Below, piece by piece: positions 1 to 14,070 of a DNA stretch of 64,000 nt. Position numbers and translations under genes: made by a program. Each line of letters opens with the position of its first letter. Position 1 is the first letter of the stretch. Below the pieces are notes generated by a model. It worked only from the letters and a program-made list of their open reading frames with translations, ran no database searches and was not told the origin of the DNA. The stretch lies in NCBI GenBank assembly GCA_951804945.1, contig OX638157.1, forward strand, positions 31,372,001 through 31,436,000, given 5' to 3'. The stretch is from Podarcis cretensis. Taxonomy: Eukaryota.

Positions 1-1509
1 TCTCCCATTCTTCGTAGTATATATTATGGCCGATGTCCCTTGCCCAATGAATCATCACAGACTTCACTTCCTCATCTATCAAGTTATACTCTAATAGCAT
101 ATTATACGTTTTAGAAAGAATTTTATAATCATTGTTTATTATTTCAGTCTGGAATTTAGATTCTTTATCCGCGAATCCTCTCTCTTTAACGTCTTGTCTA
201 AACATTTCGTTTATTTGGAAATAGTGTAACCAATCATAGACTTTTTCTTTAACCTGGTCATATGGTTTCAGTTTCCATGTCCCCCCTACTTTTGTTAACA
301 ATTGTTCATAGGTTATCCAATCACCTCTCATGTTTACTTTTTTCACGCTCATAACTTCCAATGGGGATAGCCAGTGTGGTACTTTAGGTTCTAGTAAAAA
401 TCTATTCCTCTCCCAAACTTCCATTAGGGGGCCTTTAAAAATATGCGTTGCGAAACCCTTGTGCTTCCTCTTCCCCTGCCATAGGTACGCATGCCATCCT
501 GCTCTGTTGTCGAACCCCTCCAGGTCTAATAGTTCCTTATTTTCCAATTTTATCCACGTTTTCACCCAGCAAAGGCACGATGCCTCATAATATAATTTCA
601 GATCTGGCAGAGCGAATCCCCCTCTTTCTTTAGCTTCTGTTAACAATTTAAACTTAATCCTTGGTTTTTTGCCCTGCCAGACATATTTTGAGATTCCTCT
701 TTGCCACTCTTTAAATATCTTAGTGCCCTTGATTATCGGTAAGTTCTGGAACAGAAATAACATTCTCGGGAGAACGTTCATCTTGATTAAAGCTATCCTA
801 CCCCAGAATGACAATCTCAGCTTCCCCCACCTCTCCAAGTCCTTTTTTATCTCTTTCCATACCTGCTCATAGTTATTCTTAAATAGGTCTATATTTTTCG
901 GGGTTATCCATATTCCTAGATATTTTACCTTTTTGGCCACTTCTATTTCTGTTTGTTGTTGTAATTCCTCGATTGCCTTCGAATCTAAATTCTTCACCAT
1001 TATTTTAGTCTTTCTTTTGTTTAACTTAAAACCAGCCACCTTACCAAATTGATCCAGTTCTTCCAATATCTCTTTTATTGAGTTCAGCGGGTCTTCTGTT
1101 GTTATTACTAAATCGTCTGCGAACGCCTTAACTTTATATTCATTTTGACCAATTCTAATCCCTTTTATTTTCTTATTTTGTCTTATTGAGTTCAGAAGTA
1201 CTTCCAGTACTATTATAAATAGCAACGGGGAGAGTGGGCAACCCTGTCTTGTACCCTTCGCTACCATTATTTCTTCTGACACCACGTTGTTTATAATCAA
1301 TTTGGCCTTTTGCTCCGTATAGATTGCCTTTATTCCGTTGAAGAAGTTCATACCGACCTCCATATATTCTAGCTGTTTTAGTAAAAAGTCCCAAACTATA
1401 TTATCGAATGCTTTCTCTGCATCCACGAACATCATTATGGCTTGCTTATCATACCTGGCAGACAAGTATTCTATAGAATTTATTATATTTCTAATATTAT
1501 CTTTCACTG
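1..1509 (-). mobile_element. L1-clade LINE, 5'-truncated ORF2 (reverse transcriptase domain), continuing past the left edge of the window
   Basis: Manual minus-strand translation gives VKDNIRNIINSIEYL..MMFVDAEKAFDN..KGTRQGCPLSPLLFIIVLEVLL..YKVKAFADDL, i.e. the L1/Tx1 RT motifs including catalytic FADD. Probably absent from the ORF track because the frame runs off the window. Confidence 0.93.
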
Positions 1510-1764
1510 ATGGGAATTGTTTTGCCACCCAATGAATACTGTTTGAAATGGTACACTGAATATGGTTACAGCAGTGCATGGGCACCTATTGGCTAGTGCT
1601 TGTGACATGATAATGGCAATGATCATGAGACACCTTCCACCTTTTAACATTTGATTAAATTTTTAAAATAGGCTTGAAATCATTTATTCCTGGTATCAAT
1701 ATCACAAAAAGGGGAATCAGGTCCTATCACATTGCAAAACTACATCAACTACATGGGAGGTTGT

Positions 1765-2126
1765 CAGGGCTGCCTGATTCCAGAGGTTCCTGGGAGACGG
1801 GGGTGCTGACTTGGGCCCCAGATTATGGGTGCCCAGCCGCACAGCATGATGTCATGACATCATATTATGTCACATGTGCCACAGTGGCACCTGGGACCGC
1901 CAGAAGTTGTGTCGGAGGCTCCGTGAGGCCTCAGACACCACCTCCAAGGCCTTGCAAAGGCCACAGATGCCAACTCCAAGGCCGTGTGAGGCCTTGGACG
2001 CGACTTCCAATGCTTTGCGAGGACCAAGAAGTCACATCGGAGGCCCATGGTGCAAGTGCTGAGCACCCACAACAAAATCTTTGTGGGTGCCTGGGCCTCC
2101 AGGGCACCCTGTAGTTGACACCAGTG
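1765..2126. mobile_element. GC-rich non-autonomous DNA transposon (hAT-like) with internal ~30-bp subrepeats
   Basis: Starts CAGGGC and ends TTGACACCAGTG; internal repeated GAGGCC/CCAAGGCC units; shares TGACTTGGGCCCC..TGGGTGCCCAGC..ATGTCATGAC with 11427-11650. Confidence 0.45.
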
Positions 2127-5100
2127 CTGGGCAATGTGTCCTATGCTTTGGCTATGCTTCCATGGTATTCTCCCATCTTATCAGGAGGTGGACAGAAGTG
2201 AAGACAGTCATCCCTCAATCTTTCTTTTTTAAAAGAACACCCTTTTTTTGTAAGAAGGCAGCAAGTGGCCTGGTAAGCCTTAGCATTTGCCTCATGTCTG
2301 GAGATCATCAACTGTTTACTTTAAACAAGAAACCTAATGCTGAGATATCTTTAAAAAAACCAGTAGTCCAAAAAGACTCCAGTGAATGAATTACTCTCAC
2401 ACAACATTTTGCAGATGCTCAACCCATACTGTCCTCTTTATGCATATTCTTAACAGAATGTGGCAAATATTTTCTCTGCCTTTGCATGAAAAACAAGCAT
2501 ATGCTCAGTTAATGGAATGGTAATGTTCTTACCCTGCCCTATAATTAAGAAACCAAAAAGAAACGCCACTTAAAAGAGTTTCCTGCTGTGAAGAATTCTG
2601 CAGATAGTTGGTGTTTTCACACAGTAGTAAAACAAAAAATAAAAAAGAATGTTGTCACTGCAGCTGCAAAACCTCTAGCCAGTGTAGTGAAATAATATGA
2701 ATGGCCCTTCACAGGCATCCACACCCCCTATAAATCCCTTTCTCTTTCCGTTTTTTTTTTTTTTTGCAAAATGAAAGAAGGATACTTGAAACTCTTGCTC
2801 AGTCGCATCCAAATCTATCTTGAAACAGCTTTGCTGCTCCTTCAACACCCAACGATGTTTGCCTAATTAAATCACAAGCACTCACATTCCCTGATGTATG
2901 AGACTTTTGGCCTTTGCAAATAAATCTCCTGACCATGATTTAATTCTAATCTCTATTCCCCAGTGGCTCACTTTTCATAGCTGTTTAAATATTGCCCTTC
3001 AGTGTGATTTCCCCTCCTATCGAGTGTCATATATGCATGCCTTGCCACTCCTGTGTGTCATAAATCGCTTTGGCCAGGACACGACTATAGTCTTGGCATT
3101 TTTCTTGCCAAGAGCCACTTATCTAAGCATGCATCCCTTAACCATCTTTATAGATTCATCCTCTGGTTCTCATCTAGGGCAAGATGCTGCCAGGGCTTAA
3201 CAAGAGAAGGGGCTTACTGGAGCTCAACCTTGGAGACTGCTTTCATTCCCACATACAAACCTGCTTTGCCAAAAGTGTATCTTAGGTGAAATTTCACAGA
3301 AGGATGTATATATGTAGACACTGTAACCTTCCAATAGTTTGACTTGACCCCCAAAGGTATACTCCTCCATTGTCTCCCAAGACAGATGGATGCCAGCCAA
3401 TTTCAGTGAAAATTGCACTAAAATGTGAATAAATTTCCATGGGAACTTTTAAAAAAACCACAGACTGATGTGAAAATGTGGAGAACTGAAGATCGGGAAA
3501 AGGAGAAACTGGGGGGCTGAAATGGACAGATTCACCCAGGACAAATTCTTAATACCCAGACAGGTTCATAGAGAAGGAATTTTTTTGGGCACTGATTGAT
3601 CCATGTGCAAGGCCCATCTTCTAATTCAGGGATGGGGGACCTGTGACTCCCTAGATGTTGTTGGACTCCAACTTCCATCAGCCCTAGCTTATGCTTAGTT
3701 TTCAGTGGTTAGTTTTCCAGCTCTGCTGCACCATTGAATCACCACAGCCAGTGGGTGTACAATTGGGTGATTAAATGCAGGTGTGATTAAAGCTATGTAC
3801 TTTGCAGGACATCCTCTTTATAAATAAAGTGTGAGTCTTTGTGAGGTTCTGAACTAATCATTTAATTCCCCACCTATGGAGACTATTTGAAATAGAGTCT
3901 TTTAGCACTTCTTGATTTGTATTTCTTGCAAAGTTGCAGGTAATTAAAATGGTTGATAAAGAGCAATATGCGTGTTCTGGGATTGTTTTCAACCGCTGAA
4001 AGCCACATTAATCACAGGCATTTGTAATGTACCATGCATGAAACATGAATGTGAATAAACAGCACAAGTACTGAATGCTTATAAATGATCTATGTGATAT
4101 TGCTTTTCTTTTTTAAAAGAAAACTGGAAGGAACAGTTGAAGGGCATTGTTGGCAGTTTGTGTCATACACCGCATTGGCAAAAGAGGAATTGAACGATCT
4201 CCTTATGTTATTAGGTCCTGTACTAATGTTGCCTATGTGAATATTTATAGCAAGATTTGATGTCTGAGTTTCTTGTAGAGTCTATTCTGTTGGTTCATGT
4301 CTCTGGTAGGCTGCCGCCGTATTGTTTTTCCCCTCTTAGGAGCAGCTGTTCTTAGATTAGGGGGCACTCCTAGATCTTATGCTACAATAAACCTTCTAGT
4401 CATCAAGATGCAACAAAACTCTCTGCTAGACAGACTGATGCAACAGCCCATCAGGTTAATTGACATAGACAAGTAGAAAGACATGTTCTGCATCAGGGCT
4501 CATAATGCAGTTCATCACTAAAAGCTGTTTGCATGGTGTTGGGTTTAATTGGCTGGGAAATAAGAATCTGGACCCATTCTAAGTTTAATAGATGTAGAGT
4601 CTTGTTTTATAGTTCCATCTCTGCATACAGGACAGTCCTTGAATTTCCCTTGCTCTGCCAGTCAAGTGCAAGTCCTACAGTTGGCACTGTCTGTGCTTAG
4701 TCCAAGGTATTCTGAAAAAAAATTTCCTGGATCCACATCTACCACAAACATTACAAATGGCAGTTCTCAGTTCTGAAACTTAATAACTAATCCTCAGCAT
4801 GAATGAAGTGCCTCTGCACTTTACACATGCACAAAGTACAGAGCTTTCTGGTACGAGAATATAATTTCTAGGTAGGTTTGAAGCCTGTAGGTAGTCACTG
4901 GTAAAATTATTAGGAGTGTACAACAGCTCTGTGCAGCGGGTAATTTTACCCCTCCCAAGTCAAACCACAATGTCAACAAACTTTTTAAAATTTGATCAGG
5001 TCCCCTGCCCCTGAAAGCCTCTGTTGTCTTATTGTTCTGTACTCTCTACTTTTCTAAAATTATATCTCTATATTTTTCTGTGTCTCTGTTTCCCTACTTT

Positions 5101-7517
5101 AGATCCATGGCTTTGCAAGAAGTGAGGCTGTTTAAATACAGTCTTTAAACTAAGATCTGCTACTCTTTGGAAGCGAGAGTGAGAAAAGCACAGTATGTGA
5201 TCAGACTACTCTCAAAGACAAGTCCTTCTTAAAGGAGCAGTGGTTTCCCTCACAGGGAACCCAGGCACCTGGAAGGAATAGGCAAGCAGGTGCCCCTTTA
5301 ATTAGGCTGCCCAAGGCAGCTGCCTATAATATTGAGGTAACCCTGGATAATTAGCCGTGGTTAATTATGGGGATGAGAAGTGGTAAAAATTGGGATGGGC
5401 AGTGGTAAAAATGCCTCCCAGTGAGTACCAACCCCCATGCTAAAAACTCACTTGGAACTGTAGCGTTTATGGTGCTTGATTTACAATATCTATGTTTCAT
5501 CGTTTTTGTGCATGACTGACAGGCACACAAAGCTGCATTTCTAAAACATGTCAGGGAAGTGGCTAAAACAGGCCATTTTTGCCATTTTTGCCCTTTTGTT
5601 CACATTGCACTCGAATGTGTCTATTAGCAGAACATAGAAAGGGTCTTTTTAAGATGAGCAGAGGAGGTTAATGTGTCCTTCTGGGGCTCTGAAGTGTGCT
5701 TCCTTTGTCTCTGCGAATGATCACAGTGAAAGCTTCAGAGGCACACTAAGAAAAACAAATCTGCAGAATGCAAATCCACCACTGCTTGGCTACAGGCCCA
5801 AAGGATTTTTCTGCTATCCCCAAAAGCAGTAAAATTTGTGTTGCTTAAAAGTGCTGCCCCTTTCTAACTGAGGACACTAGTTTGACATGCAGGACAAAGT
5901 GGGGGAAAATGCTATTTCAGCAGCCTTTAACCTCATCTAATGGAGGAAGATTTTTGATGGAGATGGGGAAGTTGTGGTCCACCAGAAGTTGTTGGACTAC
6001 AATTCCCATCAGCTGTGACCACTGAGCAGCTCCTCCTGCTGCTGCTGCTGTGGAGGGAAAGGAGGGGAAGCAGCCCCCAGCTGGTGTTAGTTGCAGGAGG
6101 AGGAAGAGGAGGCCAGTCATGGAGCCAAGCACAGTGGAGCTTCAATGGTCAGCTGTGTAAGGGAAGGATTGGGGAAGCAGCTCCCAGCCAGTGGAGGCAG
6201 CAACAGGAGGAGGCCAAGCATGAGAGAGGAGGAGCCACCGGCTATTGAAACCACACGGCTTCTGCATTTGGCTCTGCCCCTGCTCCCCCCGATGTCCCAC
6301 TCACATCATCAGCCTCTCAATGTTCTGTGTGAGTTGGCGCCTCTGCATAACACTCTCACCAAACTGCAGTTGCCAGGTTCTTTGGGGAAAACCATGGCTG
6401 TTAGTGGTATTAAAAACTCGTCCAAGTTTGTGATGACCCCCCCCCCCCCGACTCCAATAAGAAGCCAATAAAACCTTGATTGTTTTTAGAACACAGCCTC
6501 AGCTGCAACACAGTGGTAATAATCCAATAAACTGTAATATTATATATTAATAAAGAAACCAAGCCTTCAAAGGAAAGATGCATCGCATAGCTGGGAGAAC
6601 TGCCGGTGTCATGATTGAGACTCCTGGCAGCTGGAGCTATCATTGGTATGGATCAGTTTTCTGTTGCTAGTGTGTTCTCATTTAGAAGTTGTAAATTGTG
6701 ACTCTCACTAGTGTCTTTTTAGCACTGGCATTGGTGTTGTGTTACATCACGGTGCTGTCTTGAATTCTCCTTTTAATTTTTGCTATTTTGATCAATGTAA
6801 ACATGCTTAATGGAACAATGCTGCATAGTTTCATTTTTGAAAGTGAAATTGACACTTTCTTGACTTTTCCCAACTCTGTCTCTGCGGTCCTGCTATTGTA
6901 TCAAGGCAGAAACAAGTGAAATTGATGGTTTCACCTCATTTTTGGACTTAAGGCTGTAGCAACTCAAGAAACCCACTGCTGGAGAGATAGTATTTCAGAA
7001 CAGCAAATGGTGGAAGGAATCAGGAAATGGGAGAGAAGTGGAGTTACTCTCTGGGGATCAATGCATGAATCTATTTCTGGCCTATGTTACTTTTGCATAC
7101 ATTTGCCTAGCACTCATTCCATCCCATTTTGACATGAATGCACATTAAAAAAAATACCTCTATGAAAATGTGCATTTATATTTTAGGTAAATATGTATTT
7201 CCAACAGATTTCTCTCAAAATTCATATTGATAAAGAATGCATATTTCCTTCCTTGTGCCACCCATCTCCTGCCCACAATTTACTTTTATTAGTTTCCCTG
7301 GATAACCATTGGCACAAATGCAAGATGTGAACGTGATTCATCTGTCCAATCTAGGCACCCGTGGGCAGCTGGCCCAATGAAATCCCAATGTTGATCTGTT
7401 CAGGAAGAAGGTCTGGATTTTGAAACACCTCTGGCTCTTTCCTCGCGGCCTCCACTGGCCCTCCTTCAAAACAAGCTTTCATTAACTATATCTCAGGCCC
7501 TGGCTGCTATCAACACA

Positions 7518-7771
7518 GAAGAAGAGAAGAAGAGTTTGGATTTGATATCCCACTTTATCACTACCCAAAGGAGTCTCAAAGCAGCTAACATTCTCCTTTC
7601 CCTTCCTCCCCCACAACAAACACTCTGTGAGGTGAGTGGGGCTGAGAGACTTCAGAGAAGTGTGACTAGCCCAAGGTCACTCAGCAGCTGCATGTGGAGG
7701 AGTGGAGACACGAACCTGGTTCCCCAGATTACGAGTCTACCGCTCTTAACCACTATACCACACTGGCTCTC
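7518..7771 (-). mobile_element. Squam3-type tRNA-derived SINE (L2-type 3' end, CTT tail)
   Basis: Reverse complement begins GAGAGCCAGTGTGGTATAGTGGTTAAGAGCGG (A box), has a GGTTCG B-box region and ends GGGATATCAAATCCAAACTC(TTC)n; near-identical to the copies at 25957 and 31703. Confidence 0.88.
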
Positions 7772-9549
7772 AGTCACAGTCTGACAGAATGAAGCCATTG
7801 GCCCATGCGAAAGGGCAGTTTAGTTTGACAAGAATGAGTAGCAGTGACCCTCAGGCTCTGCACGTCTCCACATCCCTTCTGCAGGTGCAAGGCGTAGTTT
7901 GGAAACTTTTGCTTCCAATTTTGTTGAACCACGGTTTAGTGTGCCATTTAAATCCTAGATTTTGTCAAACACCAGGCAAAAAGATTATTGAGAGTTGTAT
8001 GCATGATTTCATTTTTTTTAATAAAATGTGCATCAGCACAAAGAATCTTGCTATAACTGTGTTATAGTCACATCAAGATTGTTTTTGCAGTGTTTTGTCA
8101 ATGTAAGTTGCAAATTGACAAAAGTTGTGAAGCACACATATGAACTTAAATTTCAAACAATAACACTCTGGGGGGGGGGGGAGAACCCATGGGAGTAAGT
8201 CCAATTACAGTGAGGATGACATCGGAACAAATGTGTATTAGATTGTTTTGCTAGGCTTCGAAAACTGCAGCAAAGTGCTTGTACATAATGCAGATTTGTC
8301 AAAAAGATTAATAGAACAAGAGAGTAATTTTTTAATGCACAGGTTCCACCTAGGACACTTCAAAATCTAGAGAAATCCACGTGAAAATTTTGGAAGCATC
8401 CCTGTATATTCCATATTTTTCCAAGGAAGCTAAAAGGCCGGCAGATTATTCTGAACATATTTAACTTGGAACAATGGAGACAAGAACTTGGAATAGTATC
8501 TTGGACAGCCCTAAGAAGAGGGATTTTGCTTCTATATAGCATCCTTTTTAATAGCATTTTTAGTTCCATATTTTTCTTAAGTTGAGCTCTTTTGAAGCCA
8601 ATCGGCTTAGCCTAGCCAGAATAACTTTTCGCAAACCTGTTTTCCATTTTCTCTGAACTGATCTGATTTACTTATTCCCTCTTGCATGCCTATGGTCATT
8701 CATGTTCTAGTCCCTTGCAGTCTGATTGAAGAGGGCATTTCTTTTCATAATTGCAGTGTCTCTCCCTTCATCCATGAAAGTCCTACTATATCACTTCAGT
8801 CCAAGCCATCTGGCCTAGACTACTTGAAAACTAAGCTGCACTGATTAGATAGCAAATGGCATGGAGATTGTGTTTGCACCTAAGCTTTTCATTACATTCT
8901 GGATGCTTTCCCCTAGCACTTCAGGGACGAGTTGAATTTTATTTAGTGATGAGACACAGACAAGTATCGCTTTTCGGCATATATCACCCACATTTATTGT
9001 TATAAGTACTAGAGTCCCTTTCACCACTTCATTTATTACTGATCCAAGTTTGTCTTCTAAATTGTGCCTCTTAAATTTGGGGTGCAAGACTTTGTATAAT
9101 AATAGTAATGTTGGGGTAGCGCCTCTGTTACACATGCCCCACATTTATAGGGGTCTCTGGTGACAGATTGCTTTTGCCACTGCTTCCTTAGCAGCATGAT
9201 GAAAGAACCAGCTGCCTTCTATTGGCTATTTTCTCAAAGAGCTAGAAATTTAGAATCTCTAAATGGGATGGGAGTAGATGTTTGGATCTTGCAGCAGAAG
9301 ACCAAAACAGATTTAAATCTTTATTCTACACACTAAAGAAATCAAGTTCCCCGGCCAGTGGATACTGGAGCATAAGAACATTTTGGCTAAACTCACCTCA
9401 TTAGGACTGCATGGATATGAAATTATGAGAGAGAAAACATATGCTGTGAGCTTGCAACAGAAATTTTGTGGCTGTTGTTTTAATTCAAGCTATTAGAATC
9501 CATATTCAGTCTGCATTACTATATAATATAATACAAAGTTTGTAGTAGT

Positions 9550-9712
9550 GGTCCATAACTTGTGGAAGAGCACATGCTTTCTGAGCAGAAGATCCCAGGT
9601 TCATTCCCTAACAGGTACGGCTAAGAAAGTGTGCGAGCTGAAACCCTCAAGGTCACTGCAGGTCAATGTCAACAATACTGAGTTAGATGGACCAGCAATA
9701 AGTTCCTATGTT
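9550..9712 (+). mobile_element. Old tRNA-derived SINE with CR1-like 3' end
   Basis: Degenerate tRNA head (GGAAGAGCACATGCTTT..CCCAGGTTCATTCCC) followed by AATACTGAGTTAGATGGACCA..TTCCTATG; same family as 35904-36080. Confidence 0.55.
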
Positions 9713-10883
9713 TGCTTAAAAAAATAAAAGTAATAAATATTCATATAATTATATATTTGTTTTCAGAAAATATCAAAAACTTGTGAGCATGAAAGGCAGA
9801 ATCAATTCTGACTTCTTCTTTTTCCAAATTTCAACATCTAAGCCAACCATCAAGCATGGAAATAACAAAAGCTACATTTCATGCTTAACACATGAAATTC
9901 AATATAGACTGGGTACTGATTTAAACCAGTTAATATGGAAACATAATTTAGCACACCAGTCTGCAATAAATCACTACAATAATTCACTACAATGAAGGGT
10001 AAATATGCAACAGCAAAAACTCAAAAACAACACCTAAAAATATGGGGTCATTTTCCTTGACATACAATAATGTTGAATATCAGCAGTGATCTGTTTCAAG
10101 TTGTTTAGTAAATCTTTCACTGAATAGATGCACCAAAAACATTCATATAACTGCTAAATCTATTTGCATGAAGCTCATAAAGAAGAATGCCACCCACCCC
10201 CCAATCACAAATTACACACTTCCCTAGCAAGCAGAAAAAAATTTGTTTAGAATACTACACTGCTAATTTTCCTCATCTTCTTAGAAATTGATTCTGCCAA
10301 GCAGCAGTAATGCATGCTCATTGTGTTAACGATCTCTTGCAGCCAAAAAATTATTTTAAATAAACGAGTAGCTATAATGACTTTGACTACAGCTATCATA
10401 CAATCAAAAAGAGTAATGTAAGAATGTTGCAAAGAAAAATTGGAAAATTAATATGATAAACAACAAATTACACACAATTCTCCCTTTTAGGGACAAAGAA
10501 CCAATGTTACTTTCAAGTCTAGCAAAAACAATACACACGTGCAGGAATTTGATACCCAAATGTTTGCTTTGATTTTTTTTCCTGATTCAGCTGTTTTCCA
10601 CCCTCCACAAAACTATTTGGTAGAATTAAAAATGGGATTTGGTGGTTTCTGCTTGGCCTTGAAGTTAACTGGTGATGTAATCCTAAACACACTTATTAAG
10701 TAGTAAGCCTCATTAAATTTAGTAGGATTTAGGACTAAGTATATTTCTTCAGTTTTACCCTATGCATTATCTTAGCTGGTTGCTGTCTCTCAGCCTGGCC
10801 TATCTCACACACTTGTTGTAAGACTAAGGGAGATAAATACCATGTATGCCTTTTTGGTCTTTCTCAGAAGATTGGTGGGATAT

Positions 10884-11258
10884 TTGTTGTTGTTTAGTCG
10901 TTTAGTCGTGTCCGACTCTTCGTGACCCCATGGACCAGAGCACGCCAGGCACTCCTGTCTTCCACTGCCTCCTGCAGTTTGGTCAGACTCATGTTTGTAG
11001 CTTCGAGAACACTGTCCAACCATCTCGTCCTCTGTCGTCCCCTTCTCCTTGTGCCTTCCATCTTTCCTAACATCAGGGTCTTTTCCAGGGAGTCTTCTCT
11101 TTTCATGAGGTGGCCAAAGTATTGGAGCCTCAGCTTCATGATCTGTCCTTCCAGTGAGCACTCAGGGCTGATTTCCTTAAGAATGGATAGGTTTGATCTT
11201 CTTGCAGTCCATGGGACTCTCAAGAGTTTCCTCCAGCGCCATAATTCAAAAGCATCAA
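10884..11258 (-). mobile_element. BovB (RTE-clade) LINE, 5'-truncated 3' end
   Basis: ORF 10894-11223 (RVPWTARRSNLSILKEISPECSLEGQIMKLRLQYFGHLMKREDSLEKTLMLGK..VHGVTKSRTRLND) is the characteristic BovB C-terminus; (CAA)n tail at 10884-10893. Confidence 0.95.
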
Positions 11259-11426
11259 TTCAAAAGCATCAAATCAGCCTTCAGCCTTGGTGGGATAGAG
11301 ATGCAATTTAAAAAGTAATAGTATACCTATACATATTATTTCATTAAAGAGAACTTTCCTTTGGAACAAGTAAGCAGATTACTTGCAATGCCACAAAGCT
11401 GCTCTTCAACTTTCACTCCATCTTAG

Positions 11427-11850
11427 AGGGCCCTCAATACGGTGCCCTCAAGAGGTTTATGGATTACAACTCGGCCACTGACTTGGGCCCCACCCTGTGG
11501 GTGCCCAGCATGCTCCACCCAGCGCCACAATGTCATGACGTCACATTGCAACATCATGATGGTGTAGCGTGGGGTGGGGCAAGGACCTATGCTTCTGCCG
11601 TGGGGCCTTACGATGGAGGCGCAGGCCCTGGTCTGGTCGCTGCTGTGGCACCAGAGTACCAGAGGAAGGCAGAGACTGTGATCCCCTCTCTCCCAATCAT
11701 CCTTCCTTGCCCTCCTTCCCGGTGTGGCACTTCTCCTGCTGTTCCAACCCCGCAGCAGCGATCTGCTTCTGCCGCAACCGTGCTCCCCTCACTCAATCCT
11801 CCCTCCTCCTTTTCTCCCCCATTTCCTTCATTCCTTTTCTTCCTACCCAA
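11427..11850. mobile_element. GC-rich hAT-like non-autonomous element fragment
   Basis: Shares motifs with 1765-2126; GC-rich low-complexity body. Confidence 0.35.
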
Positions 11851-12066
11851 GTGATGCTGACACAAACACCTCAACATACACTAAGTAAAAGAATGTAAGT
11901 TTACTGTCTCTCCCCTCTTCTCCCCCAACGTTATATTGTGTACAGCATGAATGTCTCACATTGAACATGACTGATTTGCAGAAAAGACTCTGCGGCCTGA
12001 AAATAGAGACAATGCACGTATTTTTGTAGCACAAGAAAATATATAATACGAATTATATTTTTTTAA

Positions 12067-12069
<3 letters not shown>

Positions 12070-12109
<40 letters not shown>
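12070..12109. repeat. (CA)n microsatellite
   Basis: About 20 perfect CA units. Confidence 0.97.
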
Positions 12110-12110
<1 letters not shown>

Positions 12111-13074
12111 AAAGGGCTCATTTGACACAATCAGTCATCCCAATGGCTTTTCCCAGCCAGTGCAGGCTGAAATGAAGAAAGCTAACTGGTGTGGCCTGAA
12201 AGGACAGTGATAAGTCAAGGAATGCTGAAGCATTCAATACAGCTGTCTACTGGTTGCATCTCTCTCCCTCTCTCACTGTCCCTACCTTCTGGGAAGCAGA
12301 ACTGCCTCTCTATCTTGCTCTCCTCTGTGATAGAGAAGAGAGACATAGAAAGGCCTGGCCAGCCACCAGAAGGTAGGGCCAGAGAGGCTTAAACTTTTCT
12401 CATTGACTTTGGGAGCTTCAGCTACCTCAACCACCTGGATATGGTGCCAGTGACTCGCATCATCTCTGTCTGCTGGCTGGGGCAGATGGGAGCCCAACAG
12501 TATCTGGAGGGCACCATGTTGGCTACCCCTGCACTTGCCACTCCCTATTCTGCGATCTCAGAGAAGGCTAAGAACTGTCCAGGAAATAATCCATATCCCA
12601 CAAGTCCGCACTGACTGTTATTTATTGAACACTGATTAGTCATATTCACACATCAATTCTTATTTGTTTGAGACTGAATTCTGAAGGTTTAGTAAACATA
12701 CAGGAAGGGCAGCAAAGACACTAGCTTTGCCTCCCACTATCATTCCAATGAACCTCCATGGGTTAGGGGAACATGCATGAAGCCAGGACCCTTACTCATT
12801 TTAAAACCCTGATTTTTCATGGTTCTGAAACACTTGTATAAGAGGCTCTCCTTCATGGATTCTTCCTTAAATACATGAAGGTGGTTGGAACAATGATGCG
12901 TGTGGGACAGGGGGCAGACTGCTCGCTGTTCGTGTATTTTCCTAACCATATTGCTCTGAAGAGGACTATTGTTACACAAACACACTTCATCAGGACATCG
13001 CCTTGTGAGTGGGATGTTTGTGTGTGTGTGTGTGTGTTTAAATGTATTGTGTAGGTGCAGACATTAACAACTTA

Positions 13075-13205
13075 GACCCCATCTGCACTATATATTGAAA
13101 GCAGTATTATCCTGCTTCCTTCAAAGCATTCTGTTAAGGGTGCTGAGAGTTAGTAGACCACTATTCCCCTCACAGAGCTGCAATTCTGAGAGAGGTTTAA
13201 CCAGT
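13075..13205 (+). mobile_element. Lizard MITE family fragment (CCCCATCTGCACTA.. type); other copies near 6330-6410, 37195-37312 and 39545-39706 (minus)
   Basis: Shared CCCCATCTGCACTA..AAAGCAGTAT..TGTTAAGGGTGCTGAGAGTT..CACAGAGCT sequence across the copies. Confidence 0.55.
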
Positions 13206-13329
13206 GCTTTTCTTTCTTTCTTTTTTAGGAAAAAAGGTGTTGGCATTCACCACAAAGTTTCTACAGTCAGTGTCACACTTTTGATTTCTTGTTTTAATGT
13301 GCCAGTGGCAAAAAAAATATTTTTGCTGT

Positions 13330-14070
13330 AGCAGAAAATCTTAAATGTGCATATACGCTAATGGGGTTGGAACTGGCAACAACTGACCAGGAAAGAAATC
13401 TTGGAGTCATGCTGGATAATTCAATGAAAATGTCAACCCAGTGTATAGCAGCTGTGAAAATGCCAAATTCCATGCTAGGGATAATGAGGAAAGGGATTGA
13501 GTATAAAACTGCCAGTATCATAATGCTGTTATACAAATTATGGTGTGACCGCACTTGGAATACTGTGCTTGCCTCACCTCAAAAAGAATACTGTAGAATT
13601 GGAAAAGATTCAGAAAAGAAAAATCAAAATGATCAAGGGAATGGAACAATTGCCCTATGATTTTTTAAAAAAGATTTTGGGGGAGAAGTTAGTTTAGAAA
13701 AAGGCTCAAAAGAGGAGACCTGATAAAGGGGTATAAAATTATGCATTGTGTAGATAAAGTGGAAAAAGAGAGGGGGAGTGTTCTTCTCTCATAATACAAA
13801 CCCAGGGACATCAAATGAAGCTGAATATTGAAGAATTCAGGACTGAGAAAAGGAAATACTTATTCATGCTATGGAATTCACTGCCACAACATGTCATAAG
13901 AGCTGCCACCTTTAAAAGGGGTGAATTCATGGAGAGTAAGGTTGCCAATGTCTACTAGCCATGATGCCTGCACATGGGTATCAGAAGCAGTATGTCTCTG
14001 AATACCAGAACAGAATGGTGGACTTGATGGGCCTTCATCAAATTGAAGGCTTTTCTCATGTTCTAGTAAG
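13330..14070 (+). mobile_element. Old degenerate CR1 LINE 3' fragment (RT C-terminal region plus 3' UTR)
   Basis: ORF 13361-13660 (ERNLGVMLDNSMKMSTQCIAAVKMPNSMLGIMRKGIEYK..) is homologous to the CR1 [28 protein letters not shown] stretch; frameshifted downstream. Confidence 0.85.

Noticed and set aside
1762-2120. TGTCAG...TTGACA as a third solo LTR
   Set aside because: No TSD, and the internal motifs match the DNA-transposon-like family at 11427.
8845-9144. 99-aa minus-strand ORF
   Set aside because: No known motif or convincing splice sites; the length is compatible with chance.
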